Origin: Gemmatimonadales bacterium
GTDB taxonomy: Bacteria; Gemmatimonadota; Gemmatimonadetes; Gemmatimonadales; JACORV01
Reading direction: 5' to 3'
DNA length: 64,000 nt
NCBI GenBank assembly: GCA_036493755.1
Contig: DASXPG010000106.1
Span: 11,241-75,240, forward strand
The notes beneath the pieces were generated by a model. The model did not search any database and was not told the origin of the DNA. It saw nothing but the letters and a program-made list of their open reading frames with translations. The position numbers were made by a program, and so were the translations under genes. Each line of letters opens with the position of its first letter. The first letter of the stretch is position 1. Positions 63,817 to 64,000 of this stretch are shown one piece after another.

Positions 63817-64000
63817 ATGCCTCAGTCGGTTTTTTACTCGATTCGCCCCCTCGCCCCCGCCTTTCTGGCGGCCTGTTTCCTTGTCACGGGCTGCGGGAAG
63901 GACGCGGCGCCGCCGGCACCCCCCTCGCCGGTGAGCGTGACCAAGGTCCAGAGCCAGGCGGTGCCCTTCGAGCTCGCCGCTACCGGCCAGGTCGAGCCGC
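63817..64000 (+). CDS. RND/efflux periplasmic adaptor lipoprotein, N-terminal fragment (continues beyond the window)
   Basis: MPQSVFYSIRPLAPAFLAACFLVTGCGK (lipobox), then VSVTKVQSQAVPFELAATGQVEP, typical of the AcrA/MFP N-terminus. Confidence 0.7.
   Translation, partial: MPQSVFYSIRPLAPAFLAACFLVTGCGKDAAPPAPPSPVSVTKVQSQAVPFELAATGQVEP

Overview
High-GC (by eye about 68-70%) bacterial chromosomal segment. Gene content points to Gemmatimonadota or Acidobacteriota: four ADOP-type MacB-like permeases, one of them PadR-coupled, and many long stop-free antisense frames. I call about 60 protein genes and 7 tRNAs: Thr-CGU, Leu-GAG, Lys-CUU, and a His-Trp-Glu-Glu cluster. I see no rRNA, CRISPR array, transposase, integrase or phage genes. 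Recognisable blocks, in order: (1) a MacA / ABC-ATPase / two-permease efflux operon; (2) a tandem pseudokinase-kinase; (3) a copC-copD pair bracketed by an unusual palindromic repeat family; (4) Mn-type SOD; (5) a response regulator with a Cys-rich tail; (6) an otsA-otsB-GH15 trehalose operon whose OtsA has a membrane sensor-like N-terminus; (7) a coupled wHTH plus two paralogous 3-TM proteins; (8) ClC channel, LigD and Ku (NHEJ); (9) a secreted S1 protease plus FHA membrane protein; (10) a V4R-type hybrid histidine kinase; (11) PAS-GGDEF-EAL, a methyltransferase and a 1056-aa RCC1-repeat lipoprotein; (12) a six-gene translationally coupled oxidoreductase/GcvT/Rieske operon. The last block before the PadR-ADOP pair is the most unusual: a formate dehydrogenase operon whose catalytic subunit has an in-frame UGA at the active-site Cys/Sec position. 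A SECIS-like GGUCU hairpin sits at the E. coli fdhF spacing. The alpha subunit is split and encoded in permuted order around a fused NuoE-NuoF gene, followed by fdhD and a coupled beta-carbonic anhydrase. All calls rest on reading the translations and the DNA only; no database searches were run.
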